Assembly: GCA_964499975.1 (NCBI GenBank)
Contig: CAZCOV010000001.1
Location: forward strand, 1 to 60,116
Origin: an uncultured Thermoanaerobaculia bacterium
GTDB taxonomy: Bacteria > Acidobacteriota > Thermoanaerobaculia > Multivoradales > J023
Length of the DNA stretch: 60,116 nucleotides
Direction: 5' to 3'
The notes beneath the pieces were generated by a model. That model saw only the letters and a list, made by a program, of their open reading frames with translations, was not told where the DNA came from and searched no databases. The position numbers and the translations under genes were made by a program. This document shows positions 1 to 8,719 of this stretch, one piece after another (the stretch's first letter is position 1; every line of letters begins with the position of its first letter).

Positions 1-268
1 GCTACCGTAACATCCCTCAACTCCAGCGCGAGCATGCTCTGCTGTCAGCTGCCCTGCTCGCCGAGCGGATCACCTAACGGTTGAAGGAAGGATTGATGCG
101 GCCACCGCCCGCGAGGTAGGGTCGCTCCGGCGCGGCGAGGATCCCAGCTGGACGGCGAGCTAGCGTCCTCGGTTCGCTGTCTCGGGTGTACACCATCCCT
201 TTCATCGCTTAGACTCCCTGCAGCTGGGCTCACTGGGCCCGCTGCCCCAAACCGCGAGTTGTCGCAGC

Positions 269-3200
269 TTGCCCCGCTGCCTTGGCGCACTGCAAAGTTG
301 CGGGTCGAGGCGACGCCGCAGCGCGACCGTGGAGGAAGTTTTGACGCTGATCGAGTTACTCGACGAATTGGCCCGCCGCGAGGTCCAGCTCTGGGCCGAA
401 GGGGAATCCCTGCGCTTGCGCGCCCCGGTAGGAGCCGTGGATACGGTGCTGCAAAACGAGCTCAAAACGCACAAGAGCGAGCTCTTGACGCGGCTCCGCG
501 GACGCCGCAATGAGGAACCGCCGACCCTCCCAGAGTCGGTTCCTTTGAACGGCGATTTGCCGCTGTCGCTGGCGCAGCAAAGTCTGTGGTTTCTCCACCG
601 TATGAAGCCCGCAAGCTCGGCGGCCTACAACATCCGCGCTGCCCGACTCTTGCGGGGTCCGCTGCAGCTCGAAGTTTTGCGCTCTGCCATGACCCTGGTG
701 GTCGCACGCCATCCCCAACTCCGCGCTTATTTCGTGCCGGTCGACGAGCACCCGGTCGCGCGCCTCGCCGCCACCGTGGAACTGCCGTGGAGCGTGGTCG
801 ACTTGCGGGGGCAAAGCCCAGCCGAGCAGGAACAAACGCTGGCTCAAGCGCTCGACGAAGAAGGGCGCCGCGTCTTCGCCCTGACCCAGGCGCCGCTTTG
901 CCACGTGCGCTGGTTCCAGCTCGGAGACGAGCATTTTTTCCTGATCCTGAACGCCCATCACCTGGTTGCTGACGCGGTGTCCGCCGGCATCATGCTGCGC
1001 GATCTGGTCGCCATTTACAGCGCCTCGGTCGCGGATCGTCCGCCGGAGCTTGCCGCTCTGCGGTATCACTACCTCGACTTTGTCCACTGGCAGCAACGCT
1101 GGTTGACCGAGCAAGGAGCCACCCACTTGGCTTTCTGGGAGGAGGAGCTACGCGATCTTCCCACCTTGCAGCTGCCGACGGACCGTCCGCGTCCGGCAGT
1201 CCAGTCCTACGACGGACGGTCTGCGCCTTGGACCCTGTCCGCCGCGTTGACCGCGGGGCTGCGCCAGCTGAGCCGCGAGCAAGGTGCCACCCTCTTCGTC
1301 ACCCTGCTCACGGCTTTTGCGGTGTTGCTTTCCCGCTGGTCGGGGCAGCTCGATTTGCCGCTCGGCACTTCGGTCGCCGGACGCGAGCGGCCAGAGATGG
1401 CGGACGTGGTGGGATTTTTCGTCAACCTGGTGGTGCTGCGCCAAGACCTCGCGGGCCGACCGACGTTTCGCCAGCTCCTCGATCGGGTCCGCCAGCGCGT
1501 CTTAGCTGCTTTCGCGCACCAGGAAATGCCCTTTGACGTGCTGGTCAAGGAGCTGCGTCCCGAACGGCGTCTGGACCGTAACCCGCTGTTCCAGGTGCTC
1601 TTTCTCTTCCTGCCGGTGGTGCGGGACCCCTTCCGTTCGCTGGGGTTTGCGGCAGAGAACGTCTCGATCCCGAGCGTGACCGCGAAATTCGACCTCTCCC
1701 TCAACAGCGAGGAAGTGGGGGACGCGGTGCGTGGCCTCATGGAATACAACCCGGCGCTGTTTGACGCTGCGACGATCGAGCGGTGGATCGGTGCTTGGGA
1801 ACTGCTTTTGACCGCGGCCGTGGCTGACCCAGACCAGGGGGTGGCGGCGCTGCCGCTGCTGGGCGCGGCCGAACGCGACGAGTTGGTTTGGGGGCGCAAC
1901 CAGGTCCAGGCGGTCGCGCTGCCGGAGGCAACCTTAAACGACGCTTTTGCCGCGCAGGTCCGGCGCACGCCTGAGCGGATAGCCCTCGGCGACCCGCACC
2001 ACGGCATGACCTATCGCGAGCTGGCCGCGCGCGCGAACCAGCTGGCGCATCGCTTGCGCGCCGTCGGGGTCGGTCCTGAGACCCTGGTTGCCATCTACCT
2101 CGAACGCTCGCCGGACGTGGTCGTGGCAGTGCTCGCGGTGCTCAGCGCCGGCGGAGCCTACCTGCCGATTGATCCGGCGGATCCGGGCGAACGCGTGGCT
2201 TATCTGCTCGCCGACAGCGGCGCTCGCTGCCTGCTGAGCACGGCCGCGCTCGACGCTCGCCTCGGAAATGCGGCACCCAGCTGTGTGCGCCTCCATCTCG
2301 ACGTTGCTGCACCCGCGGCGGCACTCACAGAAGGACCGCTGCCCGCCCGCGCAGACGCAGCGAATCCAGCGTATGTGATTTACACCTCGGGCTCGACCGG
2401 CCAGCCCAAGGGCGTGCTGGTCAGCCATGCCAACGTGACCCGGCTGTTGGCAGCGACGGCCGAGCTCTACGGCTTTTCTGCGGCGGACGTGTGGACGCTC
2501 TTTCACTCCCTGGCCTTTGATTTTTCGGTGTGGGAGATCTGGGGCGCGTTGCTTTATGGCGGGCGGCTGGTGGTCGTACCGTACTTGACCAGCCGCTCTC
2601 CCGAGGCTTTGCACCGCTTGCTGGTCGATCAGGCGGTCACCGTCTTGAACCAGACGCCGTCGGCTTTTCGTCAGCTGATCGCTTGGGAAGGCACGCTCGA
2701 AGTGCGGCCGCCGCTGGCTTTGCGGCAAGTGATCTTTGGCGGCGAAGCCCTCGACCCCGCGATGCTGCAGCCCTGGTTCGAACGCCACGGCGAGGCGGGT
2801 CCGGCGTTGGTCAATATGTACGGCATCACCGAAACCACGGTGCATGTGACCTACCGCGCTTTGACCCTGGCGGATGCGGTGCAGCGGCGCGGCAGCGTGA
2901 TCGGCGCCCGCCTCCCCGACCTCGAACTCTACCTGGTCGACCCCGCCTTGCAGCCGGTGCCGATCGGTGTGGCCGGTGAGCTCGCGGTCGGCGGCGCGGG
3001 CCTGGCCCGAGGATACCTAAACCGTCCAGCCCTGACCGCCGAGCGTTTCGTGCCCAACCCTTTTGCCGCAGGACGGCTCTACAAGAGCGGCGACTTGGCT
3101 CGGTTTTTGGCTGACGGCGACCTTCTCTACCTCGGGCGACGCGATCTCCAGGTCAAGGTGCGCGGTTTTCGCATCGAGCTCGGCGAGATCGAAAACGCGC

Positions 3201-6200
3201 TGCGCGAGCATCCCGCCGTCGCCGACTGCGTGGTGCTGGCGCAGCCGCAGACTTCTGGCCAGCGCCTGGTGGCTTACGTGGTCCAGGCAGATGCGCACTT
3301 GCAAGTCGCGGCGCTCGCCGAGCATTTGCGCGCCAAGCTGCCCGCGCACATGGTGCCTGCGGCGTTCGTGGTCCGGACGGCTTTTCCTTTGACCCGAAAC
3401 GGCAAAATCGATCGCAGTGCCCTGCCCGATCCCGACTGGAGCGAAGCGGTTTCCCGGCAGGCTTACAGCGCACCGCGGACCCGCAGCGAAAAGATCTTGT
3501 GCGCGATCTGGTCCGCGGTTTTGCGGGTCGAGCGGGTGGGGATCGACGATCCTTTCTTTGCTTTGGGTGGGGATTCGATCCTCACCCTCGAGGTGGTGAG
3601 CCGCGCCCGGCGCCAAGGCATCGAGCTGTCGCTCCAGGACATCTACCGCGCCCAGACGGTGCGCGCGCTCGCTGCGGCAGCGGCCAGCGAGCCCAGCGCG
3701 GACGGCGTCTTAGGGCAGGCACCTTTCTCCTTGATCACGGCAGCAGACCGCGAACGCCTGCCGCCAAGCGCGGTCGACGCTTACCCGCTGACCAGCTTGC
3801 AAGCGGGCATGCTCTACCACACCGAACACGCCCCCGGCAGCGCGATCTTCCACGATATCTTCAGCTACCACCTGCGCGCTCCCTGGGACGTCTCAGCTTG
3901 GCGCCGCGCCTTGGATGACCTGGCGGCAACCCACGAGATCTTGCGCACCGCCTTTGACTGGACGAGCTACAGCCAACCGCTGCAAATCGTCCACGCTCAG
4001 GCCACCATCCCTTTGACCGTCGAAGATCTTGCGGAGTGGCCCGCAGCCGAGCAGGAAACCGCGATCCGCGAGTGGCTTGAAAACGAGAAGCGGCAAGCCT
4101 TCGACGAGACCCAGGCCGCGTTGCTGCGCGCCCACTTGCAGCGGCGTTCGGTCGACACCTTTCAGCTGACGATCAGCTTTCACCATGCCATTCTCGACGG
4201 CTGGAGCATGGCGACCCTGGCGACCCAGCTGTTCCAGCTCTATCCGTACCACCTGGGGCAAGGTGAAAAGCCCGCAGCGCCTCCGCCAGACACCCGTTTC
4301 TGCGATTTTGTCGCGCTCGAGCGGGCCACCCTGGACGACCCGCGCGCCCGCGACTTCTGGCGGCAAGAGCTCGCTGACCTGCCCGCAACCCGGCTGCCGC
4401 GTCCCCCTGGAGCGCGCGCGACAGACGCCGCTGCCCGCGAAGTGGTGCAACAGCCAGTCAACTTCGACATTGAGCTGTCGCAGCAGTTGCTCGCCTTCGC
4501 GCGGCAAGCCGGGGTGTCGCTCAAATCCGCGCTGCTCGCCGCCCACTTCCGCATCCTCGCCTGGCTCGCGAGCAGCCGCGAGGTGGTGAGCGGCTACACC
4601 TTGCACGGCCGTCCGGAGAGCGAAGGCGCGCGCCAAGTGCTCGGCTTGTTTTTGAACACCGCGCCGCTGCGTTTTCGGTTGCCGTCCGGCTCGTGGCGCG
4701 AGCTGGCGCAGGCGACTTTTGACCAGGAGCGGCGGATCCTGCCTTTCCGGCGCTACCCCATGGCCGAAATGAAGCGTCTGAACCAAGGCCGCGAGCTTTT
4801 TCAAGCCAGTTTCGACTTTGTCCACATGCATGTCTACGAGGAGACCTTTGCGAGCTCGGTGCTTGCGGTGCAAGGCGTCGAGTTTTTCGAAGAGACGGAC
4901 TTCACTTTCCTGGCGCAATTCGCGCTCAATCCCCGAACCTCTGCCCTCGAACTCACCTTGAGCTACGACGCGAGCGCTTTTGCCGCGAGCCAGATCGAAC
5001 GCATCGCCGGCTACTTCAAGCGCGCGTTCACCGCCATGGTTGAGACGCCGCAAGCACCGCACTTCGCAGCGCAGCTCTTGACCGACGCAGAATTGCGCTT
5101 TTTGCGCACCGCCGGTCTTGCGGAAACCCCCAGCGCAGACCCCTGGCCAGAGGATCTCGCGTCGTGGTTTCAAGCGGTTGCAGCCCGTGAGGCAACGCGC
5201 GTTGCGCTGGTCGCCGAGGGTGAAACCTTGACTTACGGTGAACTGGCAGCACGCGTTTTGGACCTCGCTGGGGTGCTGAGCGAGCGCGGGGTCAAGGCCG
5301 AAGAGCGGGTCGCGATCGCCTTGCCGCGCTCCTCCGAACTGGTGATCGCCGTGCTCGCGGTGCTGGCTGCTGGGGGCGTGGTCGTACCCTGCGATCCGGT
5401 CCTGCCCGAGGCGCACCGCCGCGCTTTGCTGACCGTTTTTGCGTCGTCTTTCCTGCTCAGCTCCAGTGCGGTTGCCCCTCTGGCGTTCGGCGGTCCAACC
5501 TTGCTGCTCGACGCCGAGCCCCGCCCGGTTGCCGCCAGCCCGAGACCGCGGCCACCGCGGATTCATCCCACCCAGGCCGCCCTGGTGATCGATCGCACGG
5601 GTGCGCCCGGCGCCCCCCAGGGGTGCGTGCTCGACCATCGCAGCCTGCGTCAACTGCTCGTTTTGGGGCGAGACTGGCTGGGTCTCGCGCGCGAGGACGT
5701 TTCCCTCCTCTTGCATCCCTGCCTGCTGGAGCCTTTCGTGTGGGAGCTCTTTGGCGCGCTCCTCTGGGGCGGACGGTTGGTGGTGGCGCCCGCGTCAGCC
5801 AGCGCGTCAGCGGACGAACTGCTCGCGGTCTTGGCCCGCGAAGAAGTGACGGTCCTGCACCACACCGCCGCCGGCTTTCGCCGCCTGGTCCAGGCGGACG
5901 AGACCTCGCTCGAGATCTTGCGCCTGCGCCTCGTGGTGTGTGGCGGTGACGGGCTCGACGCTGCCAGCCTCGCGTCGTGGTTCGAGCGCCATGCCGTCGA
6001 CGAGCCGCGCTTGCTCCACGTCCCGAGCAGCGCTACGACCACCTTTCACACCACTTCGCGGGTCCTCGACCGTGCACCGGACGCAGCTGACAGCTGGGCG
6101 CAGCCGGTGCCGCGGCTCGGCCTGCGCCTGCTCGACCGCAACTTGCAGCCGGTGCCGATCGGGGTGCCAGGAGAACTTTGGGTCCCGGCGGACGTGGTCG

Positions 6201-6808
6201 GCCGCGGCTTTATCGGGCGCCCCAGCCAAACCGCTGAGCAATTCGTGCCGGATCCGCTGGGTCCGGTGGGCGGTCGTCTTTACCGCGTCGGCGAGCGCGG
6301 CCGCGTCTGGGAAGACGGGCGGCTAGAACACCTTGCTCCTGGCCGCGAAGCGCTGTCCACCTGGGGCGATGGGTTCGGCGGCGACGAGACCGAGCTGGAT
6401 GAACCGTATGTGGCCCCGCGCAATGCGGTGGAGGCGCGGCTCGCCGAACTCTTCAGCGAGGTCTTGAAAGTTCAGCCGGTGGGGGTGCAGCACAATTTCT
6501 TCTCCCTCGGCGGCGATTCGATCCTCGCGACCCAGCTGGTTTCGCGGATTCGCTTGGCGTTTGCCACCGACTTGCCCTTGAAGGCGCTCTTCGACCGCCC
6601 GAGCATCGCGGAGCTGGCCCCGATCCTCGCTGAACCAGCCCCAGCAATTGCGACCTCGGCCTCGCCTGGGCCGATGTTGGCGCGCTCGCGTGAGCGACGA
6701 ACCCGGGTCGAAGTCTCGCGCGACGGGATCTTGCTTCAAGCCGAAGCACTTCCAGAAACCACACTGCCGGAAACCGCGATCACTTCCCGAACGACCCGCG
6801 AAGAATGA
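269..6808 (+). CDS. Non-ribosomal peptide synthetase, two modules: docking-C-A(Thr)-T-C-A*(degenerate)-T, no TE
   Basis: 2179-aa ORF starting at TTG 269; GTG 329 is an equally plausible start. Motifs read in order: TubC-like N-terminal docking region (VEEVLTLIELLDELARREVQLWAEGESLRLRAPVG); C1 HHLVADAVS (~nt 956); A1 AYVIYTSGSTGQPKG (~2369), NMYGITETT, GRRDLQVKVRGFRIELGEIE, NGKIDRSAL; T1 FFALGGDSI (Ser ~3575); C2 HHAILDGWS (~4181); an A-like region with destroyed core motifs (~5150-6350); T2 FFSLGGDSI (Ser ~6518); then a ~70-aa C-terminal tail. Confidence 0.95.
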   Translation: MPRCLGALQSCGSRRRRSATVEEVLTLIELLDELARREVQLWAEGESLRLRAPVGAVDTVLQNELKTHKSELLTRLRGRRNEEPPTLPESVPLNGDLPLSLAQQSLWFLHRMKPASSAAYNIRAARLLRGPLQLEVLRSAMTLVVARHPQLRAYFVPVDEHPVARLAATVELPWSVVDLRGQSPAEQEQTLAQALDEEGRRVFALTQAPLCHVRWFQLGDEHFFLILNAHHLVADAVSAGIMLRDLVAIYSASVADRPPELAALRYHYLDFVHWQQRWLTEQGATHLAFWEEELRDLPTLQLPTDRPRPAVQSYDGRSAPWTLSAALTAGLRQLSREQGATLFVTLLTAFAVLLSRWSGQLDLPLGTSVAGRERPEMADVVGFFVNLVVLRQDLAGRPTFRQLLDRVRQRVLAAFAHQEMPFDVLVKELRPERRLDRNPLFQVLFLFLPVVRDPFRSLGFAAENVSIPSVTAKFDLSLNSEEVGDAVRGLMEYNPALFDAATIERWIGAWELLLTAAVADPDQGVAALPLLGAAERDELVWGRNQVQAVALPEATLNDAFAAQVRRTPERIALGDPHHGMTYRELAARANQLAHRLRAVGVGPETLVAIYLERSPDVVVAVLAVLSAGGAYLPIDPADPGERVAYLLADSGARCLLSTAALDARLGNAAPSCVRLHLDVAAPAAALTEGPLPARADAANPAYVIYTSGSTGQPKGVLVSHANVTRLLAATAELYGFSAADVWTLFHSLAFDFSVWEIWGALLYGGRLVVVPYLTSRSPEALHRLLVDQAVTVLNQTPSAFRQLIAWEGTLEVRPPLALRQVIFGGEALDPAMLQPWFERHGEAGPALVNMYGITETTVHVTYRALTLADAVQRRGSVIGARLPDLELYLVDPALQPVPIGVAGELAVGGAGLARGYLNRPALTAERFVPNPFAAGRLYKSGDLARFLADGDLLYLGRRDLQVKVRGFRIELGEIENALREHPAVADCVVLAQPQTSGQRLVAYVVQADAHLQVAALAEHLRAKLPAHMVPAAFVVRTAFPLTRNGKIDRSALPDPDWSEAVSRQAYSAPRTRSEKILCAIWSAVLRVERVGIDDPFFALGGDSILTLEVVSRARRQGIELSLQDIYRAQTVRALAAAAASEPSADGVLGQAPFSLITAADRERLPPSAVDAYPLTSLQAGMLYHTEHAPGSAIFHDIFSYHLRAPWDVSAWRRALDDLAATHEILRTAFDWTSYSQPLQIVHAQATIPLTVEDLAEWPAAEQETAIREWLENEKRQAFDETQAALLRAHLQRRSVDTFQLTISFHHAILDGWSMATLATQLFQLYPYHLGQGEKPAAPPPDTRFCDFVALERATLDDPRARDFWRQELADLPATRLPRPPGARATDAAAREVVQQPVNFDIELSQQLLAFARQAGVSLKSALLAAHFRILAWLASSREVVSGYTLHGRPESEGARQVLGLFLNTAPLRFRLPSGSWRELAQATFDQERRILPFRRYPMAEMKRLNQGRELFQASFDFVHMHVYEETFASSVLAVQGVEFFEETDFTFLAQFALNPRTSALELTLSYDASAFAASQIERIAGYFKRAFTAMVETPQAPHFAAQLLTDAELRFLRTAGLAETPSADPWPEDLASWFQAVAAREATRVALVAEGETLTYGELAARVLDLAGVLSERGVKAEERVAIALPRSSELVIAVLAVLAAGGVVVPCDPVLPEAHRRALLTVFASSFLLSSSAVAPLAFGGPTLLLDAEPRPVAASPRPRPPRIHPTQAALVIDRTGAPGAPQGCVLDHRSLRQLLVLGRDWLGLAREDVSLLLHPCLLEPFVWELFGALLWGGRLVVAPASASASADELLAVLAREEVTVLHHTAAGFRRLVQADETSLEILRLRLVVCGGDGLDAASLASWFERHAVDEPRLLHVPSSATTTFHTTSRVLDRAPDAADSWAQPVPRLGLRLLDRNLQPVPIGVPGELWVPADVVGRGFIGRPSQTAEQFVPDPLGPVGGRLYRVGERGRVWEDGRLEHLAPGREALSTWGDGFGGDETELDEPYVAPRNAVEARLAELFSEVLKVQPVGVQHNFFSLGGDSILATQLVSRIRLAFATDLPLKALFDRPSIAELAPILAEPAPAIATSASPGPMLARSRERRTRVEVSRDGILLQAEALPETTLPETAITSRTTREE

Positions 6809-8691
6809 ACTCACTCACGATACCCCGACCTGTCGCAGAGTTGCTGCAAGCCCTGCGCGCCCGCGACGTGACCCTGTGGGTCGCGGACGGCCGTCTGCGC
6901 TTCCGGGCGCCCCAGGGTGCGATGACCCCTGAACTGCGCCGAGAAATGGCGGAACGTCAAGACGAACTGCTGAGCGCGCTCCGCTCCAGCGCCGCGCTGC
7001 CCCCGGACCACGGCCCGGCAGCTGCGGATGAAACCGGCCGCGCCACTGGCCGGCCGCTCCTCTCCCCTGCGGAGCGCGAGCTGATCGTCCACCAGTGGAA
7101 CCAGACCGCCCAGGACTTTCCCCGCACCCGCACGTTCCCCGAGCTTTTTGCGGCGCAGGCGCAACGCACCCCGGACGACCCCGCTTTCCTCTGCGCTGGG
7201 CAGACCCTGACTTACGCCCAGCTGGCGCGCACGGTGGACCATCTGGCCCAGCAGCTGGTTTTAGCCGGGGTCGGATGTGAGCAGATCGTCGCGCTTTTTG
7301 CCGAGCGCGATCAGCACTTTTGGGCCATGGTGATGGCGATCTTCGCGGCCGGGGGGGCTTATCTGCCCCTCGATCCCTTCCACCCCCAAGAGCGGCATCG
7401 GCGGGTACTGGAAGCGAGCACCCCCGCGCTGATCGTGGTCGGTGCGAGCTTGACCGCGGATTGGGCGGCGCTCCGCGCGGCGTTGCCGCCGCTGGCCCGG
7501 CCACGGGTGCTCTTCCTAGACGAGTTGTTGTCGCGCGAAGTCGCGGCAACGCCGCGCACGGAGCTCGCGCAGGCAACCCCCAAGGCACTGGCCTACGTGA
7601 TCTACACCTCGGGCTCGACCGGGGTTCCCAAAGGGGCGATGATCGAGCATTTGGGCATGCTCAACCACCTCTACGCCAAGATCCGTGATTTCTCCTTGAC
7701 CGCCGCAGATGGGGTTGCCCAAAGCGCTCCACAGAGCTTCGATGTTTCGCTCTGGCAGGCCCTCGCACCGCTCCTCGTGGGCGGCTGCAGCCATATCTTG
7801 AACGATGAAGTGGTGCGCGATCCGCGCGCGCTCTTCGATGAGGTCGATCGCGCAGGGGTCACGGTGGTCGAAGTGGTGCCCACCCAGCTGCAAACCATGG
7901 TCGAGGAAGCGCGGTTGCGCGGTCCGCAGCGCCCCGCGCTCTCTGCCCTGCGCTGCATGATGTCGAACGGAGAGACCCTGCAGCCCCAGCTCTGCCGCGA
8001 TTGGTTGGCGTTTTATCCCCACGCTGGTCTGATCAATGCCTGGGGAATCACCGAATGCTCGGACGACGTCACCCACGAAAAAATCCCGCAGCCTCCCGGC
8101 GACGACGTCGCGGTGATCGCGATCGGCCGGGTGCTGATGAACATGCGGCTCTACATCCTCGATCCGCGGCTTGAACCCGTGCCGATCGGGGCTTCCGGGC
8201 AGATCTGGGTCGGCGGCATCTGCGTGGGCCGCGGCTACCTCAACCGTCCCGGACGGACGGCCTGGATCTACTCCCCCGACCCGCTGTCAGGCGAACCCGG
8301 CGCGCGGCTCTACCGCACGGGCGACCTCGCCCGTTTTCTGCCCGACGGCCGCGTCGAGTTCCAGAGCCGAATAGATTTTCAAGTCAAGGTGCGCGGTTTC
8401 CGCATCGAGCTGGGCGAGATCGAAGCCGCGCTCGCCATCCATCCCGCGGTCTTAAGCACGGTGGTGGTGGTGCGCGAACTCGCCGCGGGTGACAAGCGTC
8501 TGGTGGCCTACCTCCAGCCGCGAAAAGGGACCGCCCCGGCTGCGCTCACCGCGGCCAAGCTGCGCCGCTTCCTTTCGCCCAAACTACCCCACTACATGAT
8601 TCCCGCGGCCTTCGTGGTCCTGGCCGCGATTCCCCTGACGGTCAACGGCAAGATCGACCGCAGCGCGCTGCCGCCGCCAGACTTCAGCTGA
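6805..8691 (+). CDS. Stand-alone adenylation domain protein with N-terminal TubC-like docking domain (no carrier domain)
   Basis: 628-aa ORF. Its ATG overlaps the NRPS stop (ATGA at 6805-6808). N-terminus VAELLQALRARDVTLWVADGRLRFRAPQGAMTPEL resembles the docking region of the upstream NRPS. The A core is complete: AYVIYTSGSTGVPKG (~7591), NAWGITECSDDV, YRTGDLARF, IDFQVKVRGFRIELGEIE, VNGKIDRSALPPPDFS, followed directly by the stop. There is no GGxS carrier motif. Confidence 0.9.
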   Translation: MNSLTIPRPVAELLQALRARDVTLWVADGRLRFRAPQGAMTPELRREMAERQDELLSALRSSAALPPDHGPAAADETGRATGRPLLSPAERELIVHQWNQTAQDFPRTRTFPELFAAQAQRTPDDPAFLCAGQTLTYAQLARTVDHLAQQLVLAGVGCEQIVALFAERDQHFWAMVMAIFAAGGAYLPLDPFHPQERHRRVLEASTPALIVVGASLTADWAALRAALPPLARPRVLFLDELLSREVAATPRTELAQATPKALAYVIYTSGSTGVPKGAMIEHLGMLNHLYAKIRDFSLTAADGVAQSAPQSFDVSLWQALAPLLVGGCSHILNDEVVRDPRALFDEVDRAGVTVVEVVPTQLQTMVEEARLRGPQRPALSALRCMMSNGETLQPQLCRDWLAFYPHAGLINAWGITECSDDVTHEKIPQPPGDDVAVIAIGRVLMNMRLYILDPRLEPVPIGASGQIWVGGICVGRGYLNRPGRTAWIYSPDPLSGEPGARLYRTGDLARFLPDGRVEFQSRIDFQVKVRGFRIELGEIEAALAIHPAVLSTVVVVRELAAGDKRLVAYLQPRKGTAPAALTAAKLRRFLSPKLPHYMIPAAFVVLAAIPLTVNGKIDRSALPPPDFS

Positions 8692-8719
8692 GCCGTGGTC
8701 TCGCCTCGCGTCCTTAGGT

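Noticed and set aside
3-77. Possible 3' end of an upstream + strand gene (frame 3: ...YRNIPQLQREHALLSAALLAERIT then TAA at 75-77)
   Set aside because: Only 24 codons are visible and no motif is present. It cannot be distinguished from a chance open frame in GC-rich DNA. It is mentioned only as a hint that the cluster may continue to the left.
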